Shown piece after piece: positions 1 to 10,583 of a stretch of DNA of 64,000 nt (positions within the stretch are counted from its first letter, which is position 1; each line of letters begins with the position of its first letter). The DNA is from Candidatus Gottesmanbacteria bacterium. Its GTDB lineage: Bacteria > Patescibacteriota > Microgenomatia > 2-02-FULL-39-11. The stretch is taken from contig JACPKY010000002.1 in the NCBI GenBank assembly GCA_016186795.1, forward strand, positions 154,593 to 218,592, in the 5' to 3' direction. Both the position numbers and the translations under genes were made by a program. The notes beneath the pieces were generated by a model. That model had not been told where the DNA came from and made no database searches. It saw nothing but the letters and a program-made list of their open reading frames with translations.

Positions 1-2070
1 GATGAAATTCTTCAGATGTATTTGAATGAAGCACCCTATGGAGGTACATATTGGGGGATTGAATCTGCTTCTCAGGGATATTTTGGAAAGCATACAAAGG
101 ATCTAACTCTTCTGGAATCAGTCGTTCTTGCTGGTCTTCCCCAGCGGCCATCAGTTTATTCTCCAATTTCTGGAAAACCGAATGCGTTTATTTCCAGGTC
201 AGAAGAAGTACTTCGCCGAATGCGAGAAGATGAATATATAACGCAAGCGGAAGAATTAGAATTGAAACGGCAGTTGCCGCAGCTGAAAATTGCATCTACT
301 TCATCAGTTGCCCGCGCATACCACTTTGTAGAGTATGTCAAAAAGCAGCTTATTGAACGGTTTGGGGAAAGTGCTGTAGAAAAAGGTGGTTTTCGTGTCA
401 GGACAACACTTGATGCTGCCCTCCAAGCGCAGGTTGAAACTATTGTGAAGGAAGAAATCGATAAATTGCAGGGTCTGAAGGTTTCAAACGGAGCAGCGAT
501 TGTTATTAGTCCTCAGACGGGAGAGATTCTTTCCTATGTTGGAAGCCGTGAATATGAATCAGAAGATGAAAATTTTCAAGGGAAATTTGATGTTGTGAGT
601 ATGGGACTTCGCCAGCCTGGAAGTGCATTAAAGCCTATTACGTATGCAGCTGCCTTTACGAAAGGATATACTCCTTCAACGCTCATCATGGATGTAGAGA
701 CACACTTCCCCGGAGGAGTTGGGTCTTCCGACTATATTCCGAAAAACTACGACAATAAATTTCGCGGACCAGTACAAGTCAGGTATGCTCTTTCCAATTC
801 CATCAATGTTCCAGCTGTAAAAATGACTGCACTTGTTGGCGTGAAAGATATTCTAGAACTTTCATATGCGATGGGTCTTTCAACGCTTTCTCCAAGTGAT
901 GATAATGTCAAGCGGTTTGGGCTTTCTTTGACGCTCGGAGGAGGTGAAGTGAAACTGATTGATCTTGCTTCCGCATATGGGGTTTTTGCAACAGGTGGGA
1001 TACGAAACGATTTGTACTCAATTCTTTCCGTGACCGATGGGTCAGGCAAAACACTTTACGAACATAAAAGTGTTTCGGGGAAACGTGTCATACCTTCTGA
1101 CGTCTCGTTTTTGATTTCTGATATTCTTTCCGATAACGAAGCCAGAAAAGATGTTTTTGGAACTCGGAGTTACTTATACATACCAGGAAGAACTGTTGCC
1201 GTAAAAACCGGAACGACCGATGATAAGAAAGATAACTGGACAGTTGGTTTTACTCCCGCAATTGTTGCAGCGGTCTGGGTGGGAAATAATGATAATACAC
1301 CTATGGATTCAAAACTTGCCTCTGGTGTAACTGGAGCCTCTCCAATTTGGAACAGGATCATGAAAGAAGCACTTCGGAAAGTGGATGACGAACCGTTTGA
1401 AAAACCAGGGAATGTTGAAAACGTGACTATTGATGCGTTTGGCGGAGGACTTCCGCATGAGGGAAAATCTACACGATCAGAATATTTTATTAAAGGAACA
1501 GAGCCGACCTCGATATCATCAGTGTATAAAAAGATTAAACTATCCAAATCTGATAACAACAAACTTGCGAATGCGGTAGAGATAGCGACTGGTTCTTTTG
1601 ATGAGAAAGAGTTTATTGTTTTTGCAGAAAGTGATCCCACGTCAGGAACTGATGGGAAAAATCGTTGGCAGGAGGGAATAGATGCTTGGGTGGAAAAGCA
1701 AGGAGATTCTCTTTATCACCCCCCGAAAGATACAGCTTCAACAGACGAGAATAATGTAGTGGTAAAAATTAAAAGCCCTGCCAATCAGACCCAAGTGGAT
1801 ACGAATGACTTTGAGATAATTGCCGAGGCCAAGGCACTTCGGGATATCAAAAAGATTGAGTTATATGATAATGGGAATCTCAAGAAATCATGGAACAATA
1901 ATTCAATCGTTGAGTCGTTTCATTTTGACACAGGAGTCCATACTATAAAGGTAAAAGCCTACGACGAGAAAGGAAATACCGGGGAGACTGAGATTACTAT
2001 TGGCGTAAAAACTTCACCTGTTGTGGCGACTTCAACTCCGGTTCCTCCCTCCCCTTCTGCCACACCGTGA
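1..2070 (+). CDS. Penicillin-binding protein, class A (PBP1A-like). The 5' end is cut by the window edge; the C-terminus carries an Ig-like extension.
   Basis: Reading frame is open from base 1. Transpeptidase motifs present: SxxK (GSALKP), SxN (LSNSINVP), KTG (VKTGTTDD). The glycosyltransferase-to-transpeptidase linker region is recognisable. Confidence 0.8.
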   Translation, partial: DEILQMYLNEAPYGGTYWGIESASQGYFGKHTKDLTLLESVVLAGLPQRPSVYSPISGKPNAFISRSEEVLRRMREDEYITQAEELELKRQLPQLKIASTSSVARAYHFVEYVKKQLIERFGESAVEKGGFRVRTTLDAALQAQVETIVKEEIDKLQGLKVSNGAAIVISPQTGEILSYVGSREYESEDENFQGKFDVVSMGLRQPGSALKPITYAAAFTKGYTPSTLIMDVETHFPGGVGSSDYIPKNYDNKFRGPVQVRYALSNSINVPAVKMTALVGVKDILELSYAMGLSTLSPSDDNVKRFGLSLTLGGGEVKLIDLASAYGVFATGGIRNDLYSILSVTDGSGKTLYEHKSVSGKRVIPSDVSFLISDILSDNEARKDVFGTRSYLYIPGRTVAVKTGTTDDKKDNWTVGFTPAIVAAVWVGNNDNTPMDSKLASGVTGASPIWNRIMKEALRKVDDEPFEKPGNVENVTIDAFGGGLPHEGKSTRSEYFIKGTEPTSISSVYKKIKLSKSDNNKLANAVEIATGSFDEKEFIVFAESDPTSGTDGKNRWQEGIDAWVEKQGDSLYHPPKDTASTDENNVVVKIKSPANQTQVDTNDFEIIAEAKALRDIKKIELYDNGNLKKSWNNNSIVESFHFDTGVHTIKVKAYDEKGNTGETEITIGVKTSPVVATSTPVPPSPSATP

Positions 2071-2077
2071 TTCCTTC

Positions 2078-4105
2078 TTAGGATTTGAAATGCATTTGAT
2101 ACTTCGATTCAAGAAGTCTGATAATTTTATTTCGGATTGGAAGCACATCTTTACTTGATAGGTTTTTTGATTCATGTTGGTAGACGATTTGGAATGTTAA
2201 GGACTGTTCATTATACATATCAAGCAGTGTAACATCTTTAATGATCGCATCGATTGAGGATACATCCTTCAAAATGGAACCAAGTTCGAAAAGCAGATCT
2301 CCAGATTTTAGAACCGTAATATTTTCAACGATCGATGGGTACATGGGGATTGGATTGTAGGATTTGGTTGGGTGAGAGAGTTTGACAACAGTTTCGAAAT
2401 AAATTTCTGCTATTTGAAGCGATTCAGGAATAAGAAAGGATTGGGCAATATTTGGATGAATAGTTCCAAAAAATGCAATATTTTCTTTTGGATTTTTTGT
2501 CACAAATTGCCCTGATTGATGGGGGTGGAAAAATGGTTGCATTGAGCGAATTGAGACTTCCAGATCGGAAAGGCCAAGCTCCTCCAAAAGTGCACTCAAA
2601 ACGCCTTTGAAGGCACGAAAAGAAAGAGAAGAAATAAGAGTTAAGTAAAGCGATTCTGAAGGCAGTTGGGTTCCGTGCGTTCTCGTATATACATTCGCAA
2701 GTTCAAAAAGCGATACATTTTCTCTTGCATGCATATTTTTTCCATAAAGAGAGAAAAGTGACGGAAATACACTCCTGCGCATATATTCAGTGTCTTCGGT
2801 CAATGGGTTTGCAATCCGTAAGTGATCGGATATATTCAGTCCTGCCTTTTCAAGAAGTGTTTTCGAAATAAATGAATAGGAGTATGTTTCAGTAAAACCC
2901 AAAAATTTTAACATCGTTTTCGCTTTCTCCTCTAGATCAAAATTGACACTTTTTTGAGCTTCTGGGAGTGGAATTTTTCCCTCCATGAGTTTTCCGGGTA
3001 GATTATGATAGCCATATATTCTTGCAACCTCCTCAACAATATCTTCTGGTATGGTTACGTCAAATTGACGAAATGATGGTGGAATAACAGTGAGATTTTT
3101 TCCATTATTCACTTCCACATTGAAATGGAGTGATTGTAGGATTGCTATAATTTCCTTTAAAGAAACGGCTATTCCGAGTCGACTGGCAATAAACGATTCA
3201 GAAATGTTTATTGGGTGTGGCTTCGAAGGATGAGGATAGATATCGATAAGAGTGCTTGCCAGCTTCGCAGACGTTTCTTTGTCAAGAAGGGTAGCACCAT
3301 ATTCAAGTGCCACTTTTGCAAGTTCAGGATCAGGGCGTTTTTCATTAAGAGTCGCTGCATATGTTCGGAGTGATAGTCGCATTGAAGTTCTCCGGATATT
3401 GCTCGGATTATTTGATTCGATGAAGAAAATTACCCTCTTCGTTTTTTCTGTTACCACACTATTTTCAGTACCCATTATCCCGGGAAGATCAATAATTTGG
3501 CCAGTTCCATCATCAATGACGACGTCTACATCAGTGAGAGTGCAGACTTTCCCATCAAGGGTTGTTAGTGTTTCTCCATTTTTTGCAAAGCGAAGTATAA
3601 GCGTGTGTGTTTTAATGCGGTCGTAATCGAATACATGACATGGATGCCCCAGTTCTAGCATGATATAATTGGTGATATCAACGACATTATTCAGAGATCG
3701 AATTCCTGAATATTTGAGTCGCTGGGTAATTTTTTCTGAAGATTTGGAAACAACGATACCGTCTAAAACAACGGCAAGAAGTCTATCGCATAATTTCTGT
3801 GGGTCTTTTATCGAAAGAGGGAGTGAAACATTTTGGTTTTGCATAATACCTTTCGGCAATGGTCGCAAGATTGCTTTTTTCCCAAACCGCGGAAGAATAG
3901 CAGCTGCTTCGCGGGCAATTCCGTAGACACTTGCGCTGTCAACTCTATTTGAAGTGATTTCAATATCGTATACGAACTCATTCCCTTCTTTGGAAATTCG
4001 TTCAACTGACGGACCACACAATGAAAGGTAGTCTTTTATTTCTTGGGGTTTTGCATCAGTTTCAATATATTCTGTAAGCCATGAGTGAGGTATACGTATG
4101 TTCAT
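2078..4105 (-). CDS. pheT: Phenylalanyl-tRNA synthetase beta subunit
   Basis: 675 aa ORF with PheT-like N-terminus (MNIRIPHSWLTEYIE...) and B3/4 and B5 domain architecture. It sits directly downstream of pheS. Confidence 0.85.
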   Translation of the reverse strand: MNIRIPHSWLTEYIETDAKPQEIKDYLSLCGPSVERISKEGNEFVYDIEITSNRVDSASVYGIAREAAAILPRFGKKAILRPLPKGIMQNQNVSLPLSIKDPQKLCDRLLAVVLDGIVVSKSSEKITQRLKYSGIRSLNNVVDITNYIMLELGHPCHVFDYDRIKTHTLILRFAKNGETLTTLDGKVCTLTDVDVVIDDGTGQIIDLPGIMGTENSVVTEKTKRVIFFIESNNPSNIRRTSMRLSLRTYAATLNEKRPDPELAKVALEYGATLLDKETSAKLASTLIDIYPHPSKPHPINISESFIASRLGIAVSLKEIIAILQSLHFNVEVNNGKNLTVIPPSFRQFDVTIPEDIVEEVARIYGYHNLPGKLMEGKIPLPEAQKSVNFDLEEKAKTMLKFLGFTETYSYSFISKTLLEKAGLNISDHLRIANPLTEDTEYMRRSVFPSLFSLYGKNMHARENVSLFELANVYTRTHGTQLPSESLYLTLISSLSFRAFKGVLSALLEELGLSDLEVSIRSMQPFFHPHQSGQFVTKNPKENIAFFGTIHPNIAQSFLIPESLQIAEIYFETVVKLSHPTKSYNPIPMYPSIVENITVLKSGDLLFELGSILKDVSSIDAIIKDVTLLDMYNEQSLTFQIVYQHESKNLSSKDVLPIRNKIIRLLESKYQMHFKS

Positions 4106-4111
4106 ACGAGA

Positions 4112-5143
4112 TTAAAACTGCTCCAGAAATCGAATATCGTTTGCGTAGAGAATCCGAAGGTCGTCAATTTGAATTCCAGCCTTCATCATATACGTTCTTT
4201 CAATTCCCCAACCGAATGCATATCCTGTATAAAGAGTAGGATCAATTTTGCCGGCTGCAAGAACGTTGGGGTGTACCATGCCGGAACCTCCCAGTTCAAG
4301 CCAGCCCTCTTTGCATAGCCTACAACCATTTCCTCCACACATATCACAGGTAATATCGACTTCAAACGAAGGTTCAGTAAATTGGAAATGAAATGGTCTC
4401 AAACGAATTTTTCTCTTGGGGCCGAAAAATTCTCGTGCGAAGTACTCAAAAGTTCCTTTGAGGTGAGTCACATTAATTCCTCGATCGATGACCAATCCTT
4501 CAAATTGATGAAACATTGGAGTGTGAGAGATGTCCCAGTTTGGGCGATAGCATTTTGCTATATTGATCATTCGTATTGGGGGAATTCCTCGCATTCGTTC
4601 CATTTCTCGTACTTGTCCAGAAGAGGTATGTGGAGAAAGAACAAGTCTCCCAAGCTTTCCAAATGGTGGAGCATCTATAAAAAATGTTTCAAAATCATCT
4701 CTTGCAGGATGATTTACAGGCATATTTAAACTTTCGAAGGCATACCATTCTCTATCAATTTCAGGGTATCTCACACGGGTAAAACCAATACGTTCAAAAA
4801 TTTTTGCTATTTCAGAAATTGCGAGGGTAGTGATATGGAGATGTCCCAGGGGTGGAGTGATAGCTGGAATGGTAACATCAATTTTATTTTTTATCGATGT
4901 TTCCATAAGTTCTTTTTTTCGTTTATCAAAAGAATCATCAATTGTCTGTTTTACTTTATTTACGAGTAATCCAATCGTTTTCTTTTTATCTTTGGGAATT
5001 TCTTGAATGCGCTTTGCAGTTTGAGCAAATCTACCACTTTTTCCAAAAACGGAAAGATAAAGAGCTGTAAGCTCTTGTGAAGTTTTTACAGCTTTAAGTT
5101 TCTTGTGTGTGTCTTCTTGAATATTTAGTAAATCCTTTTCCAT
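4112..5143 (-). CDS. pheS: Phenylalanyl-tRNA synthetase alpha subunit. Start moved to the internal Met (MEKDLLNIQ...).
   Basis: Class II aaRS core with FEGLVIDRG and FRP...PFTEPS motifs. Adjacent to pheT. Confidence 0.85.
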   Translation of the reverse strand: MEKDLLNIQEDTHKKLKAVKTSQELTALYLSVFGKSGRFAQTAKRIQEIPKDKKKTIGLLVNKVKQTIDDSFDKRKKELMETSIKNKIDVTIPAITPPLGHLHITTLAISEIAKIFERIGFTRVRYPEIDREWYAFESLNMPVNHPARDDFETFFIDAPPFGKLGRLVLSPHTSSGQVREMERMRGIPPIRMINIAKCYRPNWDISHTPMFHQFEGLVIDRGINVTHLKGTFEYFAREFFGPKRKIRLRPFHFQFTEPSFEVDITCDMCGGNGCRLCKEGWLELGGSGMVHPNVLAAGKIDPTLYTGYAFGWGIERTYMMKAGIQIDDLRILYANDIRFLEQF

Positions 5144-5168
5144 AGATAAATTATAGCAACTATCATTA

Positions 5169-6446
5169 TTATAATAGGTATCGTTTATTTTTCCTCCACC
5201 ACTTTTCAATTCTATCGAACGCCTCCTGAATTATTTCCCCTTTTCCGCCAAAGGAAAGCCGCAGATGGTGTTCGCCCTCTGGACCAAATCCTATTCCAGG
5301 AACCGTTACTACTCCAGCCTCATAAAGGAGGTGTTTTGCCATTTCAATGGAAGAGATAGGAAGATGGTATCTTGGAAAGATATAATAGGTTCCTCGTGGT
5401 TTTACATACGAAAAAAGATCAGTAAGTTTATCGAGTCTGCTACAGATTAGATCACGATTTTCACGTAACCAACGGACATGCTTTTTTACGATATCTTGTG
5501 AGCCGCTTAAAGCGACAGTTGCGGCTACTTGGGATACATGAGGTGCACAGACAATAGTTGCATCGTGAATTTTAAGAATATGCATAAGAAGTTCTTTTGT
5601 GGTATGAAGGTACCCGAGTCTCCACCCCATCATGCCGTATTTTTTGGAAAGTGAACAACAGCGGATAACCCGGGGCCAAAGTCGTTTTATAGTGGCAATG
5701 TTGAAATAAACCGTATTGTCATACAGGAGATAGTCGTAAACTTCATCGGTAATGATATAGATATTCGTGTCAAAGAGAACATCGGCAAGTTTTTCTAAAT
5801 CTTTCTTCAAAAATACAGCACCTGTTGGATTTTGCGGGTTATTTAAAACAATTGCTTTTGTTCTTTTTGTGATTACTCGTGCAATTTTGTCAACATCAAG
5901 TCGATATCCATACTTTTTGTCCTCAATCAAAGGTATCGGAACAACAATTCCTTGTGCAAGAGACACTTGTTCAGCGTTAGAAGAAAAGTAAGGGCTGGGA
6001 AGGATTACTTCCTCCCCCGGGTTGACGATTGTCAGGATTGAATAGAGAAGTCCTGCCATGCTTCCTGGAGTTATAAGTATTTCTTCCTGTGAGACCGGGA
6101 AGTCAAGGAGTTGAGTGGATATTTTTGCAATTATTTGTCGCAAGGAAGGAAGCCCTATAAGAAGAGTGTATTTATCAATATCCGAGTTCTGGTCAAGTTG
6201 TTGTTTTACGTATTCGTGAATGAATTTTGGTGCAGGATAAAACGGAATCCCTACACCAAGTGAAACAACTGACTTTCCTTTTTGAGCTTCCTTCGCTCCA
6301 AGATACATCATTTCCTTAATAACAGAGACACTCGTGTTTCTGACTCGATCAGAAAGAACCGGAAGGTCTTTCGAGTCTCCGGTTGATGTGAGAACTGACC
6401 TTGAAATTCCGGAAGCAGTTTGACTGTCAGCACTTATCGTGTCCAT
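5169..6446 (-). CDS. PLP-dependent class I/II aminotransferase, probably aromatic/aspartate aminotransferase
   Basis: LNNPQNPTG motif and an SLSKKYGMMGWRLGY lysine-containing region. Lies at the distal end of the aro/phe operon. Confidence 0.7.
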   Translation of the reverse strand: MDTISADSQTASGISRSVLTSTGDSKDLPVLSDRVRNTSVSVIKEMMYLGAKEAQKGKSVVSLGVGIPFYPAPKFIHEYVKQQLDQNSDIDKYTLLIGLPSLRQIIAKISTQLLDFPVSQEEILITPGSMAGLLYSILTIVNPGEEVILPSPYFSSNAEQVSLAQGIVVPIPLIEDKKYGYRLDVDKIARVITKRTKAIVLNNPQNPTGAVFLKKDLEKLADVLFDTNIYIITDEVYDYLLYDNTVYFNIATIKRLWPRVIRCCSLSKKYGMMGWRLGYLHTTKELLMHILKIHDATIVCAPHVSQVAATVALSGSQDIVKKHVRWLRENRDLICSRLDKLTDLFSYVKPRGTYYIFPRYHLPISSIEMAKHLLYEAGVVTVPGIGFGPEGEHHLRLSFGGKGEIIQEAFDRIEKWWRKNKRYLL

Positions 6447-6464
6447 AAGAAATGAAGCAGTGCA

Positions 6465-7598
6465 TCATTGTACCAGTTGTCTTTTGAAGCCTTCGAAGTT
6501 TCGCTTTGTCTCGTTTAAGCAGTCTCCTCCGAATTTTTCCAAGAAGCTCTCCATAAGGATAAATGCAACCATAGACTCGGATATGACTCCAGCCCTTGGC
6601 ACAACGCAAATATCAGATCGTTCAATTGCAGCAGGTACTTCTTTTCTCGTTTCAATATCAATAGTTCGAAGAGGGTTTCCTAATGTTGAGATGGGTTTAT
6701 GGTACACACGGCAGATAATATCTTCTCCATTGGAAACTCCTCCTTCGATTCCACCTGCACGATTCGTCTTGCGCACAAAGTGTTCTTTTTCAAAAAATAT
6801 TTCATCATGGACCAGAGAGCCGAATTTCCCGGCATTTGAAATACCCTCGCCAATTTCTACCGCCTTTACCGATGGGATACTCATAAGCGCTGCGGAAATC
6901 CGTCCGTCAAGTTTCCGGTCGTAGTGTACGAAACTTCCAAGTCCGGGAGGAACATTGTGAGCAATAATTTCTATGATTCCACCAAGCGTGTCTTTCCTTT
7001 TTGTCGCGAGAAGTATTTCTTCTTGCATTTTTTTTCGTGCCACTTCGTCAATACATCTGGTTTGCGGATCGATAGTAAAAACTTGAGCGATAGTCTCAAA
7101 TGGGAAATTTCCTCGTTCTACTTTTGCCATTCCAATTTGAATTGTATGGCTGGCAACGATGACTTTGAAGTTTGAAAGAAATACTTTTGCGATAGCGCCA
7201 ACCGCTACTCGCATCACCGTTTCCCTTGCACTTGCCCGTTCCAGAACGTTCCGTACGTCCCGAAAACCATATTTCAATGCGCCGGCAAGATCTGCATGTC
7301 CAGGACGAGGAGCAGTAACTTTCGATTTGCTCATTTTTCCCTTCCAATTGGAAAAGTCTCGATTCTCAACAAAAAGAGCTATGGGACTCCCAATAGTTTT
7401 ACCAAACCGCACGCCAGAAAGAATTTGCACCTCATCGGTTTCAATAGCTCCTCGTCCACCTCGGCCTGATCCTCCTTTGCGTTTCGCAAGTTCTTCCTGA
7501 ATGTCTTTGGGTGATAGTTCCATTCCGGAAGGAACGCCTTCGACAATTGCAACCTCTCCCCTTCCGTGTGATTCACCAGCTGTTAAAAATCTAATCAT
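6465..7598 (-). CDS. aroC: Chorismate synthase. Start likely at MIRFLTAGESHG.
   Basis: N-terminal FLTAGESHG signature and overall AroC-like sequence. Confidence 0.85.
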   Translation of the reverse strand: MIRFLTAGESHGRGEVAIVEGVPSGMELSPKDIQEELAKRKGGSGRGGRGAIETDEVQILSGVRFGKTIGSPIALFVENRDFSNWKGKMSKSKVTAPRPGHADLAGALKYGFRDVRNVLERASARETVMRVAVGAIAKVFLSNFKVIVASHTIQIGMAKVERGNFPFETIAQVFTIDPQTRCIDEVARKKMQEEILLATKRKDTLGGIIEIIAHNVPPGLGSFVHYDRKLDGRISAALMSIPSVKAVEIGEGISNAGKFGSLVHDEIFFEKEHFVRKTNRAGGIEGGVSNGEDIICRVYHKPISTLGNPLRTIDIETRKEVPAAIERSDICVVPRAGVISESMVAFILMESFLEKFGGDCLNETKRNFEGFKRQLVQ

Positions 7599-8424
7599 AA
7601 TTTCGAAGACTTTTCTCCATTGCAACTACCGGTGCTTTTCTTCCAGTAAATGCTTCAAAAGAAGCTGCACCTCCATATAATAACATTTTATAACCAAAAA
7701 TCGGTGTCGCGCCTTTTTCTTTTGCCATTTTCAGAAGCTTTGTTTCGGATGGTGTATAGACAATGTCGAAAATAATGTGGTGTGGAAAAATGGCGCTTGC
7801 AGGTATAGGAGAAAGATCCACACGTGGTGTCATACCGATAGCAGTAGCATTAATGATAATATCAAAAGTGGAAAAGTCCATACGATTGTTTAACTCGTAT
7901 GCCTTCTGAAGCGAAAATTCTTTCACCAGTTTTTGTGCTCCTTTTATTGTTCGATTCCAGATAGATACGTCTGCACCATTTTTTTTCAGACCATAGATAA
8001 TTGCCCGGGCAGCTCCACCTGCTCCGATCACTGCAATTTTTTTATTCCTAAGTGTTGTTTTCTCGCGAAGCGCACGAACTGCCCCAATCCAATCGGAATT
8101 ACTCGCAATAAGTTTGCCATTTTTATTGATAATGATATTTGCTGCTCCGATTTCTCTCGCTTGTGAATCTATCCTATCAACATACTTTAGTACAGACACT
8201 TTATGAGGAATGGTAACGTTTATGCCCACAATTTGCAGTGCACGAATCCCCTCGAGTGCTTTTTGTACATCCGTTACTCGACATGCCACATATGCAAAGT
8301 TTAGCTTTAAGCATTGAAAGCCATGATTGAACATCTGTGGGGAGAGCGAGTGGTCCACAGGATTACCAATAAGACAGCAGAGTTTTGTTTTTGCATCACT
8401 CATTGTATTTTTCAATCCTTTCAA
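7591..8424 (-). CDS. aroE: Shikimate 5-dehydrogenase
   Basis: LIGNPVDHSLSPQMFN substrate-binding motif. Rossmann motif GAGGAARAI. Confidence 0.85.
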   Translation of the reverse strand: MKGLKNTMSDAKTKLCCLIGNPVDHSLSPQMFNHGFQCLKLNFAYVACRVTDVQKALEGIRALQIVGINVTIPHKVSVLKYVDRIDSQAREIGAANIIINKNGKLIASNSDWIGAVRALREKTTLRNKKIAVIGAGGAARAIIYGLKKNGADVSIWNRTIKGAQKLVKEFSLQKAYELNNRMDFSTFDIIINATAIGMTPRVDLSPIPASAIFPHHIIFDIVYTPSETKLLKMAKEKGATPIFGYKMLLYGGAASFEAFTGRKAPVVAMEKSLRNYD

Positions 8425-8911
8425 TTATTTCGCTCGCGACGGTATTTGGAGTTTTTCCTGACACACTAATCACATAATGTGCAATCTTTCGATACAAATG
8501 CAAACGATGAGAGAGCGTTTTTTTAATATCCTCTTCTCTGGTTTTGGCTACGGTCAAAAATGGTCGGGTTCGATCATTTCCGATTCGCTGGATAAGGAGT
8601 GTTACTGGTGCGTGGAGAAAAAAAATCATCCCCAGATTTTTCAATATTTCCACATTCTTTTTTTTCAAAATCACTCCCCCACCAGTTGAAATAACACACT
8701 CTTTTCTATTTTTAAGTGATTGTATGACAGTAGTTTCAATCTTCCTAAATGATTTCCATCTTTCCTTTGTTACAAATTCAGCAATCGTACTCCCTACGAG
8801 ATTTTCAATTTTCGAATCGGTCTCAAGAAACGTAAACCGCAGTTTTTGGGAAAGCAATCTTCCAACTGTCGTCTTTCCGGATCCCCGCATGCCGATAAGA
8901 ATGATATTCAT
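8396..8911 (-). CDS. aroK: Shikimate kinase
   Basis: P-loop GMRGSGKTTVGRLLS. Size 171 aa. Confidence 0.85.
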   Translation of the reverse strand: MNIILIGMRGSGKTTVGRLLSQKLRFTFLETDSKIENLVGSTIAEFVTKERWKSFRKIETTVIQSLKNRKECVISTGGGVILKKKNVEILKNLGMIFFLHAPVTLLIQRIGNDRTRPFLTVAKTREEDIKKTLSHRLHLYRKIAHYVISVSGKTPNTVASEIIERIEKYNE

Positions 8912-10140
8912 AGAAATTCAATGTTTACCCCAATGTTTTTAAGATCGTCCCAAAAATTTGGGTAAGATTTTTTTACGACTTGGGCATTTGGTATGGTCGT
9001 TTCACCGGAAGCTGAAAGAGCCGCAACCGCAAAACTCATGGCAATTCTATGATCATGAAAGGTATCGATTATTGACCCCTTTGGTTGACCACCTATAATA
9101 GTTAGAGAATTTTCCGTTTGCGAAACTCGTATACCCATCCTTCTCAAATTTTCTTGTATCGATTTCATCCGATCTGATTCTTTAAATTTTAGATGAGCGA
9201 TATTATGGATGGTAGTTGTGCCTTTCGCAAATGCAGAAAGTACTGAAACAATAGGAACTAAATCCGGATTATTTCCGAGATCAATATGTATTCCATGCAA
9301 TTTATCTTTCCCCATTTTTTGTAAGATCTCAATAAAAACCCGGTCGCCTTGGACTGAATTTGCATTTAAATTCGTCACCGTAACATCAGATTTTGTTAAC
9401 GCCTTGACTGCAAGAAAATACGACGCAGATGAATAGTCCCCTTCTACAGTGTATTTATGGGCTTTGTAATGGGAAGTAGATTTTACAAAATAAGTATTTC
9501 CCTTTTTTTCAACATCCACGCCAAACAGCCGCATGAGATCAATCGTCATATCAACGTATGGAGAGGAAGAAAGGTGTGCTACGTTCAGTTCCACGTCATT
9601 TTGGGCAAATGGACTAATGAGAAGAAGTGCACTTATATATTGGGAACTTTTTGAACCAGAAATTTTGAGTTTTCCACCTCTTATTCCCCCCCCACTGATC
9701 GTTAGATGCGATTTGTTCGCAATGTGAACTCCAAGAATGTGTAATTTTTCGATTAATTCTTCCATAGGACGCTCCCGTAATCTCTTCGATCCACTGAGAA
9801 ATATTTTTGAGGGATGAAGGGAGGATACTGCTGTTATAAACCGCATTGTCGTTCCTGAATCTCCGCAATCGATATGAATTGGCGATTTTTTTGGTATGAA
9901 TCGGCCACTGGTACCGACAATTGCAAGCGTATCTCCATGCGACTGAGTTGCTACACCGAGCTTTTGGCAGGCCTTTAACGTACAGAGGGTATCATCCGAG
10001 CGTAATGGATTGATAATTTCTGACCGGCCTTTTGCAAGAGAAGCCAAAATAATAGCCCGATGGGTTAAACTTTTGGATGGTGGAATAGACACTATCCCAC
10101 GGAGGTCTCCTCTGTTTGACGGTTTGATAATAACTTTCAT
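8908..10140 (-). CDS. aroA: 3-phosphoshikimate 1-carboxyvinyltransferase (EPSP synthase)
   Basis: PPSKSLTHRAIILASLA motif. 410 aa. Confidence 0.85.
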   Translation of the reverse strand: MKVIIKPSNRGDLRGIVSIPPSKSLTHRAIILASLAKGRSEIINPLRSDDTLCTLKACQKLGVATQSHGDTLAIVGTSGRFIPKKSPIHIDCGDSGTTMRFITAVSSLHPSKIFLSGSKRLRERPMEELIEKLHILGVHIANKSHLTISGGGIRGGKLKISGSKSSQYISALLLISPFAQNDVELNVAHLSSSPYVDMTIDLMRLFGVDVEKKGNTYFVKSTSHYKAHKYTVEGDYSSASYFLAVKALTKSDVTVTNLNANSVQGDRVFIEILQKMGKDKLHGIHIDLGNNPDLVPIVSVLSAFAKGTTTIHNIAHLKFKESDRMKSIQENLRRMGIRVSQTENSLTIIGGQPKGSIIDTFHDHRIAMSFAVAALSASGETTIPNAQVVKKSYPNFWDDLKNIGVNIEFL

Positions 10141-10583
10141 AGAGATCTCTTTCTTCTGATATAGTTGATAAGATTTTCAAGTCCGACGATATAGCTTTTT
10201 TCTTTTAATCCGACAATCTTCTCTATAACAATTCCGTCAAGAACGTCAATTTCCCGAAACGGCTCTCTTTTGGAAATATCCGAAAGATGCACCTCGACAG
10301 TTGGAAGATTGGTATCTTCCAATGCATCCCGGAGTGAATAACTGTAATGAGTTAGGGCACCAGGGTTTATCAAAATTCCTGACGCTTTTTGTGCATTCTT
10401 TTGGAGAAAATTAATAAGTTCTCCTTCGTGGTTTGATTGAAATACCAGAAGGGAAACCAAGTTTTTCTTTGCCGTTTGGGAAAGCATTCCATTGATATCG
10501 TCAAGTGAACATGCCCCATAATGCTTTTTATTTCTTTTGCCAAGCATATTCAAGTTTGGTCCATGAATGACAAGAATTCTCAT
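10137..10583 (-). CDS. aroQ: 3-dehydroquinate dehydratase, type II
   Basis: MRILVIHGPNLNMLG N-terminus, characteristic of type II DHQase. 148 aa. Confidence 0.85.
   Translation of the reverse strand: MRILVIHGPNLNMLGKRNKKHYGACSLDDINGMLSQTAKKNLVSLLVFQSNHEGELINFLQKNAQKASGILINPGALTHYSYSLRDALEDTNLPTVEVHLSDISKREPFREIDVLDGIVIEKIVGLKEKSYIVGLENLINYIRRKRSL

Noticed and set aside
3252-3926. ORFs of 124 and 85 aa on the plus strand inside pheT
   Set aside because: Shadow ORFs antisense to a well-supported conserved gene with low-complexity translations. The same holds for the many 60-160 aa ORFs antisense to uvrA, thrS, pgk, gap, acs and ppsA.
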